This document shows positions 43,252 to 58,815 of a stretch of 64,000 nt of DNA, in pieces (position 1 is the first letter of the stretch; every line of letters begins with the position of its first letter). The notes under the pieces are model-generated. The model saw only the letters and a program-made list of their open reading frames with translations. It was not told where the DNA came from and did no database searches. The position numbers and the translations under genes are program-made. Where the stretch lies: NCBI RefSeq assembly GCF_009914755.1, contig NC_060933.1. The stretch is one strand, 5' to 3'. The DNA is from the human T2T-CHM13v2.0 reference genome, Homo sapiens.

Positions 43252-45145
43252 GCTCTTTGGGTTCTACTTTGGTTTCATATGAATTTTAAAACGGTTTTTC
43301 CTAGGTCTGTGAAGAATGTCATCAATAGTTTGATAGGAATAGCATTAAATCTGTCAATTGCTTAGGGCAGTAAAACCATTTTAATGATCTTGATTCTTTC
43401 TATCCATAAGCATAGGGTGTTTTTCTGTTTGTTTTTGTTTTCTCCAATTTACTTGAGCATTGTTTTTAATTCTCACTGTAGAAATCTTTCACCTCCCTGG
43501 TTGGCTATATTCTTAGGTATGTTATTCTTCTTGTGTCAATTGTGAATGGGATTGTGTTTCTGATTTGGCTCTCAGTTTGGCTGTTGTTGGTACATAGGAA
43601 AGCTATTGTATATTAATTTTGTATCCTGCAACTTTGCTGAAGTTGTTTATCAGCTAGAGGAGCTTTCAGGCCAAAACTATAGGGTATTCTAGATAGAGAA
43701 TCATGTCATCTGCAAACAGAGAGAGTTTGACTTCCTCTCTTCCTATTTGGATGCCTTTTCTTTCTCTTGCCTGATTGCTCTGGCTAGGACTTCCAGTACT
43801 AGGTTGAATAGAAGTGGTGAGAGAAGGCATCCTTATCTTATGCTGGTTTTCAAGGGAACTGCTTCCAGCCTTTGCCCATTCAGTATAATGTTGGTTGTGG
43901 ATTTGTCATAGACAGCCTCAATATGCAAGGCAATCCTAAGCAAAAAGAACAAACCTGGAGGCATCACACTACCCAGCTTCAAACTACTATATGTCTACAG
44001 TAACCAAAACAGCACAATACTTGTACAAAAACCAGCACATAGACCAATGGAACAGAATTGAGAGCCCAGAAATAAGGCTGCACATCTACGACCATCTGAT
44101 CTTTGAAAAAGCCAACAAAAACAATGGGGAAAGACTCCCTAATCAATAATGGTGTTGGGATAACTGCCTAGCCATATGCAGAAGATTGAAGCTAAACCCC
44201 TTTCTTACACCAAACACAAAAATCAACTCAAAATTGATTAAAAAATTACATGTAAAACCCAAAACTATAAAAACCCTGAAGACAACCTAGGAAATACCAT
44301 CCTGGACCCAGGAAAGAGCAAAGATTTCATGATAAAGCCACCAAAAACAATCACAACAAAAGCAAAAATTGACAAGTGAGATCTAATTAAACTTAAGAGC
44401 TTCTGCACAGCTAAAGAAACTATTAACAGAGGGCCGGGCATGGTGGCTCATGCCTGTAATTCCAGCACTCTGGGAAGCCGAGGCAGACAGATCACTCGAG
44501 GTCAGGAGTTTGAGACCAGCCTGGTCAACATGGTGAAACCCCATCTCTACTAAAGATACAAAAATTAGCCAGGCGTGGTGGCACGCTCCTGTAGTCCTAG
44601 CTACTTGGTAGGCTGCGGCAGGAGAATCACTTGAATCCGGGAAGCAGAGAGGTTGCAGTGAGCCGCGATCATGCCACTGCACTCCACCCTGGGCAACAGA
44701 ACAAGACTGTCTCAAAAAAAAAAACCAAAAACAAACAAACAAACAAAAAAACCAAAGGAGCTATCAACAGAGTAAACAGACACCTACAGAATGGGTGAAA
44801 ATATTAGCAACCTATGCATCCCCTATGCATCCAACAAAGGTCTAATATCCAACATCTATAAGGTACTTAAACAAATTTAAAAGAGAAAAACAACCCCATT
44901 AAAAAGTGGGCAAAGGACGTGAACAGACACTTCTCAAAAGAAGACATACATGCAGCAAACAATCATATGAAAAAAAGTTCAATATCACTGATCATTAGAA
45001 AAATGCAGATCAAAACCACAATGAGATGCCATCTCACAGCAGTCAGAATGGTTATTATCAAAAAGTCAAAAAATAGCAGTCTATAAGAGAATGCTAATAC
45101 ATTGTTGGTGGGAGTGTATAAATTAGTTCAACCGTTGTGAAAAGC
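43252..45145 (+). mobile_element. Nested primate L1 (L1PA/PB), 5'-inverted, with no 3'UTR or poly-A
   Basis: Antisense ORF2 at 43252-about 43915, then sense ORF2 at 43926-45145; the two parts are contiguous in L1 coordinates. Confidence 0.8.
44432..44753 (+). mobile_element. AluS
   Basis: Full Alu; TSD-like aaagaaactattaacagag / aaaggagctatcaacagag. Confidence 0.95.
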
Positions 45146-45491
45146 TCTCAACATAATAAAAGCCATATAGGAAGACCCATAGTTAGTATCAGACTGAATG
45201 GAGAAAAACTGAAAGACTTTCCTCTAAGATTTGGAAGACGACAAGGATGCCCACTGTCACCAATTTCATTCTAGTACTGGAAGTCCTAGTTTGAGCAGTA
45301 AGGCAAGAGAATGATATAAAGGGCTTCCAAATTGGAAAGGAAGAAGAAAAAAATTATACTTGTTTGCAGATTATATGATCTTATATTTGGAAAAACCTAA
45401 AGACTCCACAAGAAAACTATTAGAAGTGATTTAAGAAATCAGTAATGTTGCAGGATACAAAATCAACATACAAAAATCAGTATCATTCCTA

Positions 45492-45818
45492 GGCCAGGTG
45501 TGGTGGCTCATGCCCATAATCCCAGCACTTTGGGAGGCTGAGGCAGATGGATCAATTGAGGCCAAGAGGAGTTTGAGACCAGCCTGGCCAACATGGTGAA
45601 ACCCTGTCTCCCAAAACAACAACAACAACAAAAATTAGCTGGGTGTGGTAATGCACAGCTGTAATCCTAGCTACTCAGGAGTTTGAGGCATGAGAATCAC
45701 TTGAACCTGGAAGGCAGAGGTTGTAGTGAGCTGAGATCACGCCACTGCACTCCAGCCTGGGTGAGTAAGTGAGACTCTGTCTCAAAAATAATAATAATAA
45801 AAATAAAATAAAATAAAT
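45492..45818 (+). mobile_element. Alu (old S or J)
   Basis: Full Alu; TSD-like aaatcagtatcatt / aaatcagtgtcatt. Confidence 0.93.
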
Positions 45819-47706
45819 AAATCAGTGTCATTTCTATATGCCAACAATGAAAAATGTGAAAAAGAAATTTTAAAAGTAATTCCATTTACAATAGCCACAC
45901 ATAAAATTAAATACCTAGTAATTAACCAAAAAAGTGAAAGATCTCTATAATGAAAACCATAAAACACTAATGAAAGAAATTGAAGAGGACACCAAAAAAA
46001 AGAAAAAAGGAAAAATATTCCATGTTCATGGATCGGAAGAAAAAATATTGTTAAAATGTCCACACTATCCAAAGCAATCTACAGCTTCAATGCAATCCCT
46101 ACCAGAAAAACAATGATATTATTCACAGAAATAGAAAAAAAAATCCTAAAATTTATATGGACCACAGAAGACGCAAAATAGCCAAAGCTATCCTGAACAA
46201 AAAGAACAAAACTGGAGGAATCATAATACCTGGCTTCAAATTAGACTACAGAGCTAGAGTAACCAAAACAGCATGTTACTGACATAAAAACAGAGACATA
46301 GGCAAATGGAACAGAGACTCCAAAAACAAATCCACACACCTACAGTGAACTCATTTTTGACAAATTTTCCAAGGATGTACACTGGAGAAAAGACAATTTT
46401 TCAATAAATGGTGCTGGGAAAACTGGAAATCCATATGCAGAAAAATAAAACTAGACCCCTATCTTTTGCTATATACAAAAATCAAATCAAAATGGATTAA
46501 AAACTTAAATCTAAGACTTCAAACTACAAAACTACTACAAGAAAACATTGAGAAAAATCTCCAACACATTGATCTGGGCAAAAATTTCTTAAGCAATACC
46601 CTGTAAGCACGGGCAACCAAAGCAAACATGGACAAATGGAATCACATCAAGTGAAAAAGCTTCTGCACAGCAAAATAAACAATCAACAGAATGAAGACAC
46701 AAGCCACTGCATGAGAGAAAATATTTGCAAACTACCCATTTGACAAGGGATTAATAACCCAGAATATACAAGGAGTTTAAAAAACTCCATAGGAAAAAAT
46801 ATAATAATCCAATAAAAAATAGGCAACAGATTTGAATACACACTTCTCAGAAGGAGATAAACAAATGACAAACAGGCAGATGAAAAGGTGCTGACATCAT
46901 TGGTCATTAGAGAAATGCAAATGAAAGCTACAATGAGATATTATATCATCCCAGTTAAAATGGCTTATATCCAAAAGACAGGCAGTAGCAAATGCTGGGG
47001 AGGAAGTGGAAGAGGGAACACTTGTACACTGTTGGTGGGAATGTACATCAGTATAACAGTTTGGAAGTTCCTCAAAAAACTAAAAATAGAGCTACCACAT
47101 GGTCCAACAATCCCACTGCTGGGTATATACCCAAAATAAAGGAAATCAATATACCAAAGAGATATCTCTACTTCTATGTTTGTTGCAGCACTGTTTACAA
47201 CTAAGATTTGGAAGCAACCTAAGTGTCCATCAACAGATAAATGGATAAAGAAAATGTGGTACATATACACAATGAAGTACTATTCAGTCATAAAAAAAAT
47301 GAGATTCTGTCATTTGCAACAACATGGATGGAACTGGAGATGTTAAGTGAAATAAACCAGGCCCAGAAAAACAAACATTACATGTTCTCACTGATTTTAT
47401 TTGTGGTATTTAAATATCAAAAAAATTGTACTCATTAACATAGAGTAGAAGGATGATTACCAGAGTCTCAGAAGAACAGTAGGGGCTGGAGGAGAGGTGA
47501 GGATGGTTAATGAGTACAAAAAACATAGAAAGAATAAATAAGATCTACTACTCAATAGCACATTAGGTTGGCTATAGTCAATAATAACTTAATTATACAT
47601 TTTAAAATAACTAAAAAAGTACAATTGGATTGTTTGCAACTCAAAGGATAAATGCTTTAGATGATGGATATACCTTTCTCCATGATGTGATGATGTGCTT
47701 ATTACA

Positions 47707-47996
<290 letters not shown>

Positions 47997-48669
47997 TTAT
48001 GCGCTTATTTCACATTGTATGCCTTTATCAAAACATCTCATGTATTCCATAAATATACACGTCTGCTATGTATCCACAAATGTTAAAAAGTAAAAAATAA
48101 AAAAGCAAAGATGCACAAGAAAACAAATATGTATCTGTTGATTTTATGTGAAGTGAAATTTGAAAAGAATGAACCAGAAATTAACGAGACTGGTTACCTA
48201 TAGATGGTGAGTGGGAATAGGGGAGATCCAAAAGAAGCATGTATGCATATATTTATCTGTATGTGAGCAATTGTGGATGTTTGTGTCTATGCACTTGAAA
48301 CATCATAAGGTAGAAGGAGTGTCACTTTTCACAGCACTAGTTACTTCTTTTATCATTTTACAAAAATCATTAGCTAGTGTATACATTTTTTTCTTCCAGG
48401 CTGTCAGCATTGCTGCAACAGTTGACTTTCTTCTACTGAGTACTGGTGACAATAGCAACTATATAAATAGTTGCTATTATACATACATATATGTCTTTAA
48501 GCCTCAATTTAGAGAGGAAGAGTTGGAATCAGTGGTTCAAAGAAATATACAGCAAGGAAGTTAATGGTTCCAGCCAATTAGTATAATTAATTTGTAGTAT
48601 CTAAAATATAGCTCCTTTTAATATTTGTGCCTCAAAAAGACAAGTGTTGGGCACTAAATGTGTTTTTTA

Positions 48670-49150
48670 AAATATACATTTTTAGGCTACTTTTATGTTC
48701 CCGGCAAAATTGAGTGTAAGATACAGATATTTTTCTATATACTCCCTGCTCCAAGCAATATATAGTCTCCCCTATTATCAACATTCCTTAGGACTTATAA
48801 ACCTACATTAACACATCATCACCCAAAAAGCCCATAGTTTACACTAGGGTTCAGTCATGGTGTTATACATTCTACGGGTTTGGACAAATTTATACTGACA
48901 TATACCCACTATTATAGTATTGTACAGAGTATATTCACTGCCCTAAAAATCTTCCCTGTTCTGCCTGTTCATTGCTCCCTCCCCAACCTTTGGTAACAAC
49001 TGATCTTTCACCATCTCCATAATTTTGCCTTAGTTGGAATTACACAGTATGTAGTGTTTTCAATTGGCTTTTCACTGAGTAATGTGCATTTCAGTTTCCT
49101 CCATGTCTTTTCATGGCTTGATAATTCATTTCCTTGTAGCAGTGAATTAA
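48670..49150 (-). mobile_element. L1MC-type 3' end
   Basis: 'cagagtatattcactgccctaaaaatc', 'ttcctccatgtcttttcatggcttgata'. Confidence 0.75.
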
Positions 49151-49439
49151 ATGTCTTTTTAATTTAACTGTACTACTTCTTATGACATGGACTAGATAAA
49201 GGGTAAAACCTACAGTTCTAAATCCTCCTCTGTTCCCTAATGTCCAGACTTTTCATAGGCTGGGACATCATTAATCTCATATGAGATGTTTTCCTTGTTT
49301 GTTTTTTGGATCTCTATATTAGGAGTTCTGAAAGGCTTTTCCATAAAGTTCTTACATAAGGCCCGTTAGTTTCTTACATTAAGAATATTTCTCATATCTC
49401 AAACATAAGAGAGTTTACTGCAAAATATTTTGGGGATTT

Positions 49440-49640
49440 TGGACTCAGGAAGCTTGCATTCAAATTCTGGCTCCACCCATTACTAATTTTGTGAGCTCGA
49501 TTTACTGGACCTCTTTGTGTTATAAATTTTTCATCTCTAAAATGGGAATAATATTGATTAATAATTGGGTTTCTGTCAGGATTAAAAGTGTTCACCTTTA
49601 GAAGGTGATTAGCAAAGCATCTGGCACATAATAAGCAGAT
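49440..49640 (+). mobile_element. MIR
   Basis: 'ttcaaattctggctccacc...tcatctctaaaatgggaataata...tggcacatataa'. Confidence 0.7.
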
Positions 49641-51026
49641 GTGTGTGAATATATAATTCTACATCATTCCAAATATTTGGTTGAACCATACGAAATTGTT
49701 GATGTTTGACAAACCTCAACCCACAAAATGGCAATTTCCTATGGTTCAACTTAATACAAAACCATATAACTGATATTTTGGTATCTCCATAAATAAATAA
49801 CAATAGAATCTTATTGTAAAACCTCAACTACGGAAAATTAATCTTCATCCAATGAATAAAAGAACTGGGTCTCAGAGTGAACACTAAAACCTACTATTTA
49901 TTCTTTTCAATACTGACCTTTCACTCATCCATCTAGCAACCAAGACCAATAATTACTGGAAATGTTACTAAGCACTTCTATACCAGCATAAACAATTTTC
50001 TATGATGAGATCATTGCTGCTATAGAACTGTAAGGTATAATCAAGTCATTTTACATATATAATAAAGGCCTTTTACATGTATAATGAAGTCACATAATAA
50101 GCATCTCCAAGGGCAGGAGAGTAGTGGATTATTTATTGGCAAAATTCCCTAACTCATACTATATTTAGAAAGTGGTTTATTTTCAGAAATCTACTTTTGA
50201 AGAAATCCTTGTGTGTTTAAAAAATCATGTAAGTTTTTGAAATTCAAAATGTACTGTGTCTTTTATTTCTGTTGAAGTAACATATGGTATGTTACATTTA
50301 TCTTTTGGCAGTTCTCTTCACCTGGGCATCATCCACTATAGGAAAAGCAGGCACATCTCATTGAACAAACTCCTTGAGATTGGAGAAGGGTGAAGACTTT
50401 GGTGAAATTAACACCTTTTCTGACCCAGGCCACCGGTACTACCAGTCTGGATCTTGAGGCTATCTCCATTCAATATTTACATTAGCTGGTATCTGACCAA
50501 CCATTAGTTGGTCAATTACACAGTCACAGTATCATTAGTAATTAGATGACACCATTGAGCAGAAAAATCCTTAAAGAAAGACTAAACTTTCTTGTCAAGA
50601 AATTCAAACCAAAACTGAAGCTTGTTTTTTTTGAAATCCAAAACAAAAAGTTAATTATTTCTGAAACTGTCATCATTTTAAAAAAAAGGTCTTCATTCAT
50701 CTGTATGAGTTTTTATTTCTCTGTCAATCTTAGTTGTAAAATATCCTTTCTCTTCTGTTTTGAGTGTCAGGATGTTGCAAGCAATTCAATTACAATGTAC
50801 TACTCTTGATAAAAGGTAAAATAAAGTACATATGGAAATCTGCAATTATAATCAATCCCTAAATGTGAAAAAAAAATGATAATCTTAATACACTTGTTTT
50901 AATCCCCTTCAGCCTGAGAAGTGCTAGTGAAGAAAGTTCAGTTGGGCTTTTAAAATCAGAGACATTTTAATGGCATATATGGATAGTTTCTGTTTGAACT
51001 CAGCTTAGAAAAATATTCTGAGTTTT

Positions 51027-51255
51027 TGGTGTGTGATGTTCCCCTTCCTCTGTCCATGTGTTCTCATTGTTCAATTCCCACCTATGGGTGGGGGGAAGGG
51101 GGAGGGATAGCATTAGGAGATATACCTCATGCTAAATGACGAGTTAATGGGTGCAGCACACCAACATGGCACATGTATACATATGTAACAAACCTGCACG
51201 TTGTGCACATGTACCCTAAAACTTAAAGTATAATAATAATAAAATTAAAAGAAAA
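51027..51255 (+). mobile_element. Miniature twin-primed L1PA (about L1PA3-4) insertion made of 3'UTR only
   Basis: About 60 bp of inverted 3'UTR, then about 170 bp of sense 3' end and A tail; perfect 20-bp TSD agaaaaatattctgagtttt (51007-51026, 51256-51275). Confidence 0.93.
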
Positions 51256-52609
51256 AGAAAAATATTCTGAGTTTTCAAGGTAATACAGAATATGATTTTC
51301 ACACACATCACTTTCTTTAATTCAGAATCAATGCAGATGAACAGTTTTATTGTGGAGTACCAATTATTACATGAATAAATGTTGTGGTAAAACTTGGTTT
51401 TCATTTTTGTCAATAGATTGTCATTGTATTTCAAGTATAAACTAATCTAAATTATTAATACATAATGAAATTTGTATTTTCAAGAAAATATATTCTACCA
51501 AATGTTCTATAAATTCTATTAAATGACTATAATTTACAGCAGTCTACATCGAATTCTGGAACAAAAACATTACATTCTAATGTAAGTTAAAAGAGAAGAA
51601 AGGAGACACAGAAAGATGCCAATAGTTCATATTTATAATATTAAAAGAATTTATAAATATTAACTTAATGAGGTAAATGTGTATCTTTGTCTTATATTTA
51701 CTCAAATGAGGTGTATCTGTGAAATTTCTAGAAAAGTATTTAGAATTACATATGTACGGACTATGGTTCTAAAAACACACAGCTCAAATTTAATGAGCTA
51801 AAAATTTGTTAACATGTATACCCCTTAGATCTTTCATATTTTATGTATTTCTAGAAAACAGTAGCAGCCCAATTGTACAACAAAACTAAATATGCTTAAT
51901 TTTCCATCACTTAAAAATTTCACTTATTTAAAAAGGCCTCAAATTTCAATGCTTATATTGTATCATGAAGCAGAAAAACAAATGGAACTGAATTACAGTG
52001 GCTAACTGTTCTTTCAGAGTCCTGTCTTAAGTGAATAATGGTATTGAAATTGTTTCTTACATGTTATTTTGAACTCCAAGTTTCTTTGGATTTTGTATGC
52101 ACTTTGGAGAGCTTTTGATCTTTTATAAATATATTTCAAAGCACCAAAAGATGGAATTGTTTTCCTACTTTCATTTAGTACCTGAAGCAAAATTACAAAT
52201 GCTTTTAAATAGCAGTTTGCCATAGTATCAAGAGAAACACGGGCCTCAACTACTAATGTAAGCTTTTCACAATCTTATTTTCTGTGTTCACAATTATGTA
52301 ACATGAAATATGATATCCTGGGTTAGAAAAGTGAGGAATAAAAAACTCTTGTCCTTGAGGCTTTTATAATTTAAATGTAACAAAGGCATCTATAAGTAAT
52401 AGAATATCCATTGGTGAAAACATACAAGCAAGCATGTAATACAAACATATATATTTAAAATAAATCAAAATAGAAAACAGACTAAAACAAAAATAAGCAG
52501 AGATAATGAAAATTAGACAGGATCAGATGAGGCAAGATATTTTTCTTGGATATATTGAGTATTAAACCATGATTTGAACTAGACTTCGATCTTTTAAAAG
52601 TACAGTGTA

Positions 52610-53235
<626 letters not shown>

Positions 53236-54935
53236 TGTTAACTTTAATTTTTTATTTGAATAGGTTTTGGGGGAATATGTGGTGTTTGGTTACACTGATA
53301 AGTTCTTTAGAGGCAATTTTTGAGATTTTGGTGCACCCACCACCCAAGCAGTGTACACTGTAACCAGTGGGTAGTCCTTTATCCATCACCTCCCTCCCAC
53401 CCTTTCACCAGAGTCCTCAAAGTCCAGGGTATCATTCTGATGTCTTCGCGTCCTCATAGCTTAGCTCCCACTTATGAGTGAGAACATGCGATGTTTGTTT
53501 TTCCATTCTTGAGTTACTACATTTAGAGTAATGGTCTCCAACTCTATCCAGGTTGCGGCAAATCCCATTATTTTGTTCCTTTTTATGGCCGAGTAGTATC
53601 CCATGTGTATGTGTGTGTGTATATATACATATATATGTACATGTATATATGCATACACACACACACACCACATTTTCTTTATCCACTCATTGATCGATGG
53701 GCATCTGAGCAGGTTCCATAGTTTTGTTACTGTGAAATGTTCTGCTATAAACATTCATGTGCAAGTATCTATTTCGTATAATGACTTCTTTTCCTCTGGG
53801 TAGATACTCAGGAGTGGGATTGCTGGATCAAATGGTAGTTCTTTAAGGAATCTCCATAGTTTTCCATAGTGGTTGTACTAGTTTACATTCTCACAGGCAG
53901 TGTAAAAGTGTTCCCTTTTCCCATATCCACGCCAGCATCTATTATTTTTTGATTTTTTGATTATGGCGTCCTTGAAGGAGTAAGGTGGTATCACACTGTA
54001 GTTTTGATTTGCATTTCCCTGATAATCATGTTGAGCATTTTTTCACATATTTGTTGGCCATTTGCATATCTTCTTTTGAGAACTGTCTATTAATGTCCTT
54101 AACCCACTTTTGGATGGGATTATTTTTTTCTTGCTGATTTGTTTGAGTTCCTTGTAGATTCTAGATATTAGTCCTTCATCAGATGCACAGTTTGTGAAGG
54201 TTTTCTCCCACTCTGTGGGTTGTCTGTTTATCCTGCTGATTATTTCTTTTGCTCTGCAGAAGCTTTTTAGTTTAAGTCTCATCCTTTTATCTTTGTTTTT
54301 GTTGCCTTTGCTTTTGGGTTCTTGGTCATGAAGTTCTGCCGACGACAATGTCTAGAAGGGTTTTTCCAATGTTATCTTTCAGGATTTTTATGGTTTCAGG
54401 TCTTAGATTTAAGTCTTTGATCCATCTTGAATTAATTTTTCTGTAAGGTAAGAGATGTAGATCTTTCTACATTCTTCTACATGTGGCTTTCCAATTATCC
54501 CAGCACCATTTGTTGAATAAGGTGTTTTTTCCTCACTTTACATCTTTGTTTGCTTTGTGGAAGTTCAGCCAGATGTAAGAATTTGGCTTTATTTCTGGGT
54601 TCTCTATTCTGTTCCGTTGGTCTATGTGTCTATTTTTATACCAGTACCATGCTGTTTTGGTGACTAGAGCCGTATAGTATAAAGTCGGGTAATGTGATGC
54701 CTCCAGATCTGTTCTATTTGTTTAGTCTTGCTTTGGCTATCTGGGCTCTCTTTTGGTTTTAAGATTGGAATTTTGGAATTTTAAGATTTTTTTTTTCTAG
54801 TTCTGTAAATAATGATGATGGCATTTTGATGGGAAGGGAATTTCATGAATTTGTAGATTGCTTTTGGCAGTATGGTCATTTTCACAATATTGATTCTATC
54901 CATCCATGAGCATGTTTCCATTTGTTTGTGTCATC
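53236..54935 (-). mobile_element. L1PB (L1PB1-like) 3'UTR plus ORF2 3' part
   Basis: L1PB 3' end 'ggtgtttggttacactgataagttcttt...gattttggtgcaccca'; antisense ORF2 peptides in the ORF track. Confidence 0.88.
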
Positions 54936-54999
54936 TAAAATTATGTATTAAAATAAACTCTAATTTTGATAATGTAATTTAAAAATAAGTGGATGACTT

Positions 55000-57900
55000 A
55001 AATTTTGGTTTTCATCCATGAAAGAGTATCTGATAGTAAATTGTCTCTACCTGTGTCAATAAATAAAAAAATAGGCAATCATTTATAAAAGAATGATTTT
55101 TGGATATTGGCTCATGCTAGTTAATGACTTTAATGTCTGAGAGAAGAAACAACAAATAAGGTGAGCCATAGTATCATCCTTAACTTTCTTCCTGGTGTCA
55201 CTTTCTGAACTGGAGGGAAAGCCCAAATTGTTCCTGAGGATTTTACTATGTGAGGAGACAGAGACTGAGTTTGGGGCTACTAAGCAGCTTGAATTTGTGA
55301 GATGGTGTCAAAGAGAAGGGTGCTGTGCAGAGAAGCAGCTCAAAAAAACTACATAGAGGCCCTGCCTTGAGTCTGTAACAGAATACTTAATTGAGCATGC
55401 ATCGGGCCAGATACCATGGCTTCGGATCGAAAGCAACTACCACATAATAAACTGGGAGCAGAACAACACCTTGAGCTTGCACAGGGTTGGGAGATATTAG
55501 AGTTCCTTCTAATCAGCATGGAAAGTATTAAAATCCAGGGCATTCGGTAGAAAACCTAGAAAGGCCACACCTAAAGAACGCTATATCTGTCCTAATAGAG
55601 TTCAACGACAAGGCTTGAAAGGATCAAACTACCTTTCAAGTAAATAAACAAAATATTGAAACAAAATTGAATAATCTACGCAGAAATACAACAGCATCTC
55701 AAGCACAACAAGACATCCATAAAGGTAAACATACAATCAAAATTTACTACACATTTAAAACGGCAAGAAAATGTAACCTATAGCAAGGAGAACATTCAGT
55801 CAATAGATTAAGAAAAGAGAGAAAATGAAATTAGCAGACAAGATTTTTAATTAGCTATTTTAATATACCTAAATATGTAAAGAAACACAGAAACAAAATA
55901 GAGAATAAACACTGACAATCAGAAGAGAATTGAAAAATGTAAAAAATTGAATGTTGAGAACTGAAAAAGACATCTTAGGAAGTAAAAACATCACTGGCTG
56001 CATTTAGCAGTAAATTAAGTGCTGAGGAAGAAAATGTTAGTGAAATTGAAGGTAGACAATAGAAGATATCCAAATTGAATCACAAGGAGGAAAAACACCT
56101 GGAAGTAAAAAGTACATAAATGGCCTATGAAAAAACATAAAGTGACCTATGGGAAAACATCAAGTTAGAAAAAATATGTGTAACTGGTATACAAGAAGGG
56201 GTGAGGTGGTTAGAAAAATATTTTTTTTAATGATGAAAATTTTTCAAATTTGGAGAACAATATAAGCCCACAGATTCAAGAAGCTCATTAAGTCACAACA
56301 AGGATCAAGATACAGAAAACCATACCAAGGCACATCATAATCAAATCCCTGAAAATAAAGACAAAACTAAAAAGAAAATTTTAGAAGCAATCAGAAAAAG
56401 GAAAAATGAAAACCAAATACAGGGAAGGAATGACAAGAATGTTCTCTGACTTCTCATCAAACACAACGTAACACAGGACACAGTGAAACAAAATTTTAAT
56501 GTACTGAAAGAAAAATAAGTAAAAATAGGTCGTTACATTTAAAAATACCTGAAAAAATTGACAAATTAGACAAATCATACAATCGTGATGAATTCATTTA
56601 TTGTATTATCTTTTTAATAGAATATTTAGTATTTTAAATACAAACATGTTGTCTACAAATAAAACAGTTGTAGTTCTTAATACTAGCAAAAACAATTGGA
56701 AATAAAATTTAAAAATACAACTCTAGCATAAATATGAAATAGTATGGATGAATCTAACAAAACATATGAGAGATTTATATGCTAAAGACTACAAAATATT
56801 TATGAGAAAAAATAAAATAAGTAAATGGAGACATATGCAATATTAATAGATTGGAGAACTCCATATTTGATATCTCAATTTTCCCCACCCATAGATGCAA
56901 TAAAATTGCAATGAGTATCCTAGCAGGCTTTTTTAAAAATAGAAATTAACATTAAAATGTATACGGAAATAAAAAGAACCCAACAGCATAAAAATTACAA
57001 AATAAAATTATTATACATTGCACCCTGTATCAAAATATTCCATGTACTCCAGAAATATATATACCTACTATGTACCCACAAAGATTAAAATTAAAAAATA
57101 AATAAATAAATAAATAAATAAAAAAGAACTAAGGGACTCAAAATACCTAATATCAGACCTACAATAAACCACAGAAACTGAGATGGTATGATATTAGAGC
57201 AAAGACAGACAAATAGACGAATGAAACAGATTAAAAAGACCAACATTAGACACAAATATATCATCAATTGATTTTCAACGAAGGTATCAAGCTAACACAA
57301 TTTATAAAAAAAGGAGAGTTTTTTAAACAAATTTACATCTATATGGAAAATTAAAGATGCGTTAACCCACAACCCACATCGTATGGAAAATCAGCCTGAC
57401 GTTATCATAATTCTAAATGTCAACTTAACATTATAATATCTAGAAGAACATACAAAAAGTATTTGTGACTTTGGGTTAAACAAAAATGTCGTAGGCAGGG
57501 CACATAATGTTTGAGTCATAAAAAATTGATAAATTGAACTTCCTCAAAATTAAAAACTTCTGTTATTTGAAAGATAATGCTAAGTAAATAAAAAGATGTG
57601 CCACAGCTGAATGGCAGGGTAAGCCCACTACAGATTCTCTCTCTCATTGATTACAACTAAAAATTCTGAATGAAATGCAAAATTCAACTTCTAGAAAACT
57701 GAAAATTTAACAAAAGCAGGCATATTGTGGAGAGGAATCTAAACTTGGAGAATGACTCACAAGTAATTGAATATTTCGTTTTTCTTCTTCACTCTTCTTT
57801 TTTCTAAAGACTGTTCAGCAGCAGGGGCCATTCACAGAGCAAATGAGCAGAGCAGTGGTGCAGAAAGTTAAATTCAGAAAGTAACCTCATATTTCTGGCA

Positions 57901-58815
57901 AAGGATTCAGGAAAATGAGCCACTACAGACCAGAGAATATGGTGAGCATCCAAAAAAGAAAAAAGCTAAAAAATAACATTCCCTAATTCTTTACATGAAC
58001 CCACAAAATTCCTGGACTCACTGCTGAGCTGCATTTGTATTGGACAAACCAAGCACAGAAGCAAAACAGAAATTGTGCTCAAAATTTAACCAGGATAAAC
58101 TTCTGTGAAAACAAACACACTAAAAATAAGTATTCTTCATAGAATTATAACAAGACCCAGAGATCAAACAACATATTATTTTAAATGTCCAAGACACAAT
58201 CCAAATTTTTTCAAAATCCAAGAACCACTTCATTGAAGATAACTCACATATTGGAAATATAAAACAATAACTTTAAAGAAACTATTACAATCCTACTCTA
58301 TGAGGTAAAACCAAACATATCTGAAATAAATGGAAAGATAGTTCATAGGAAAATACAGTTTTTAGAAGAGAAATATAAATCATTAAAAAAGAACTGACTG
58401 GAAATTTTAGAACTGAAAATACAATGTTTGAAATTAAAAAAAACTTACAGGATGGACTCAATAGCTGAATGGAGATAAAAGAGTGAAGTTGAAAGAAATC
58501 AACTGTAATTACCCAATCTGAAGAACAGAGAGAAAAATGATAGGAAAAAAAATTTTCTTCAGAAACCCATCAGTAAGATCAGAAGTTTTAAGATGTATCT
58601 TTAGAGACCCAGGATAGGTAAAATAGATTACAGCAGAAAAAAATATTTGAAGAAATAATGGCTGAAAACTACCCACATTTAATGAAAATGACAAAAGTAC
58701 AGGCTGATGAAGTCTGGCAGACTCAAAACAAGATAAAAGAAACTATTCATAGACACATCATAATCAAGCTGGAAAAAAATGTAAAATCTTGAAAGCAGCT
58801 AGGAAAAAAATTGGC
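55000..58815 (+). mobile_element. Cluster of old L1M 5'/ORF1/ORF2 fragments, with an L1MA 3' piece and (TAAA)n at about 57005-57125
   Basis: ORF1-type motifs twice ('ccacagattcaagaagctc...aaggcacatcataatcaaa'; 'tgaagaaataatggctgaaaac...acacatcataatcaagctg'), A-rich sense strand. Confidence 0.65.
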
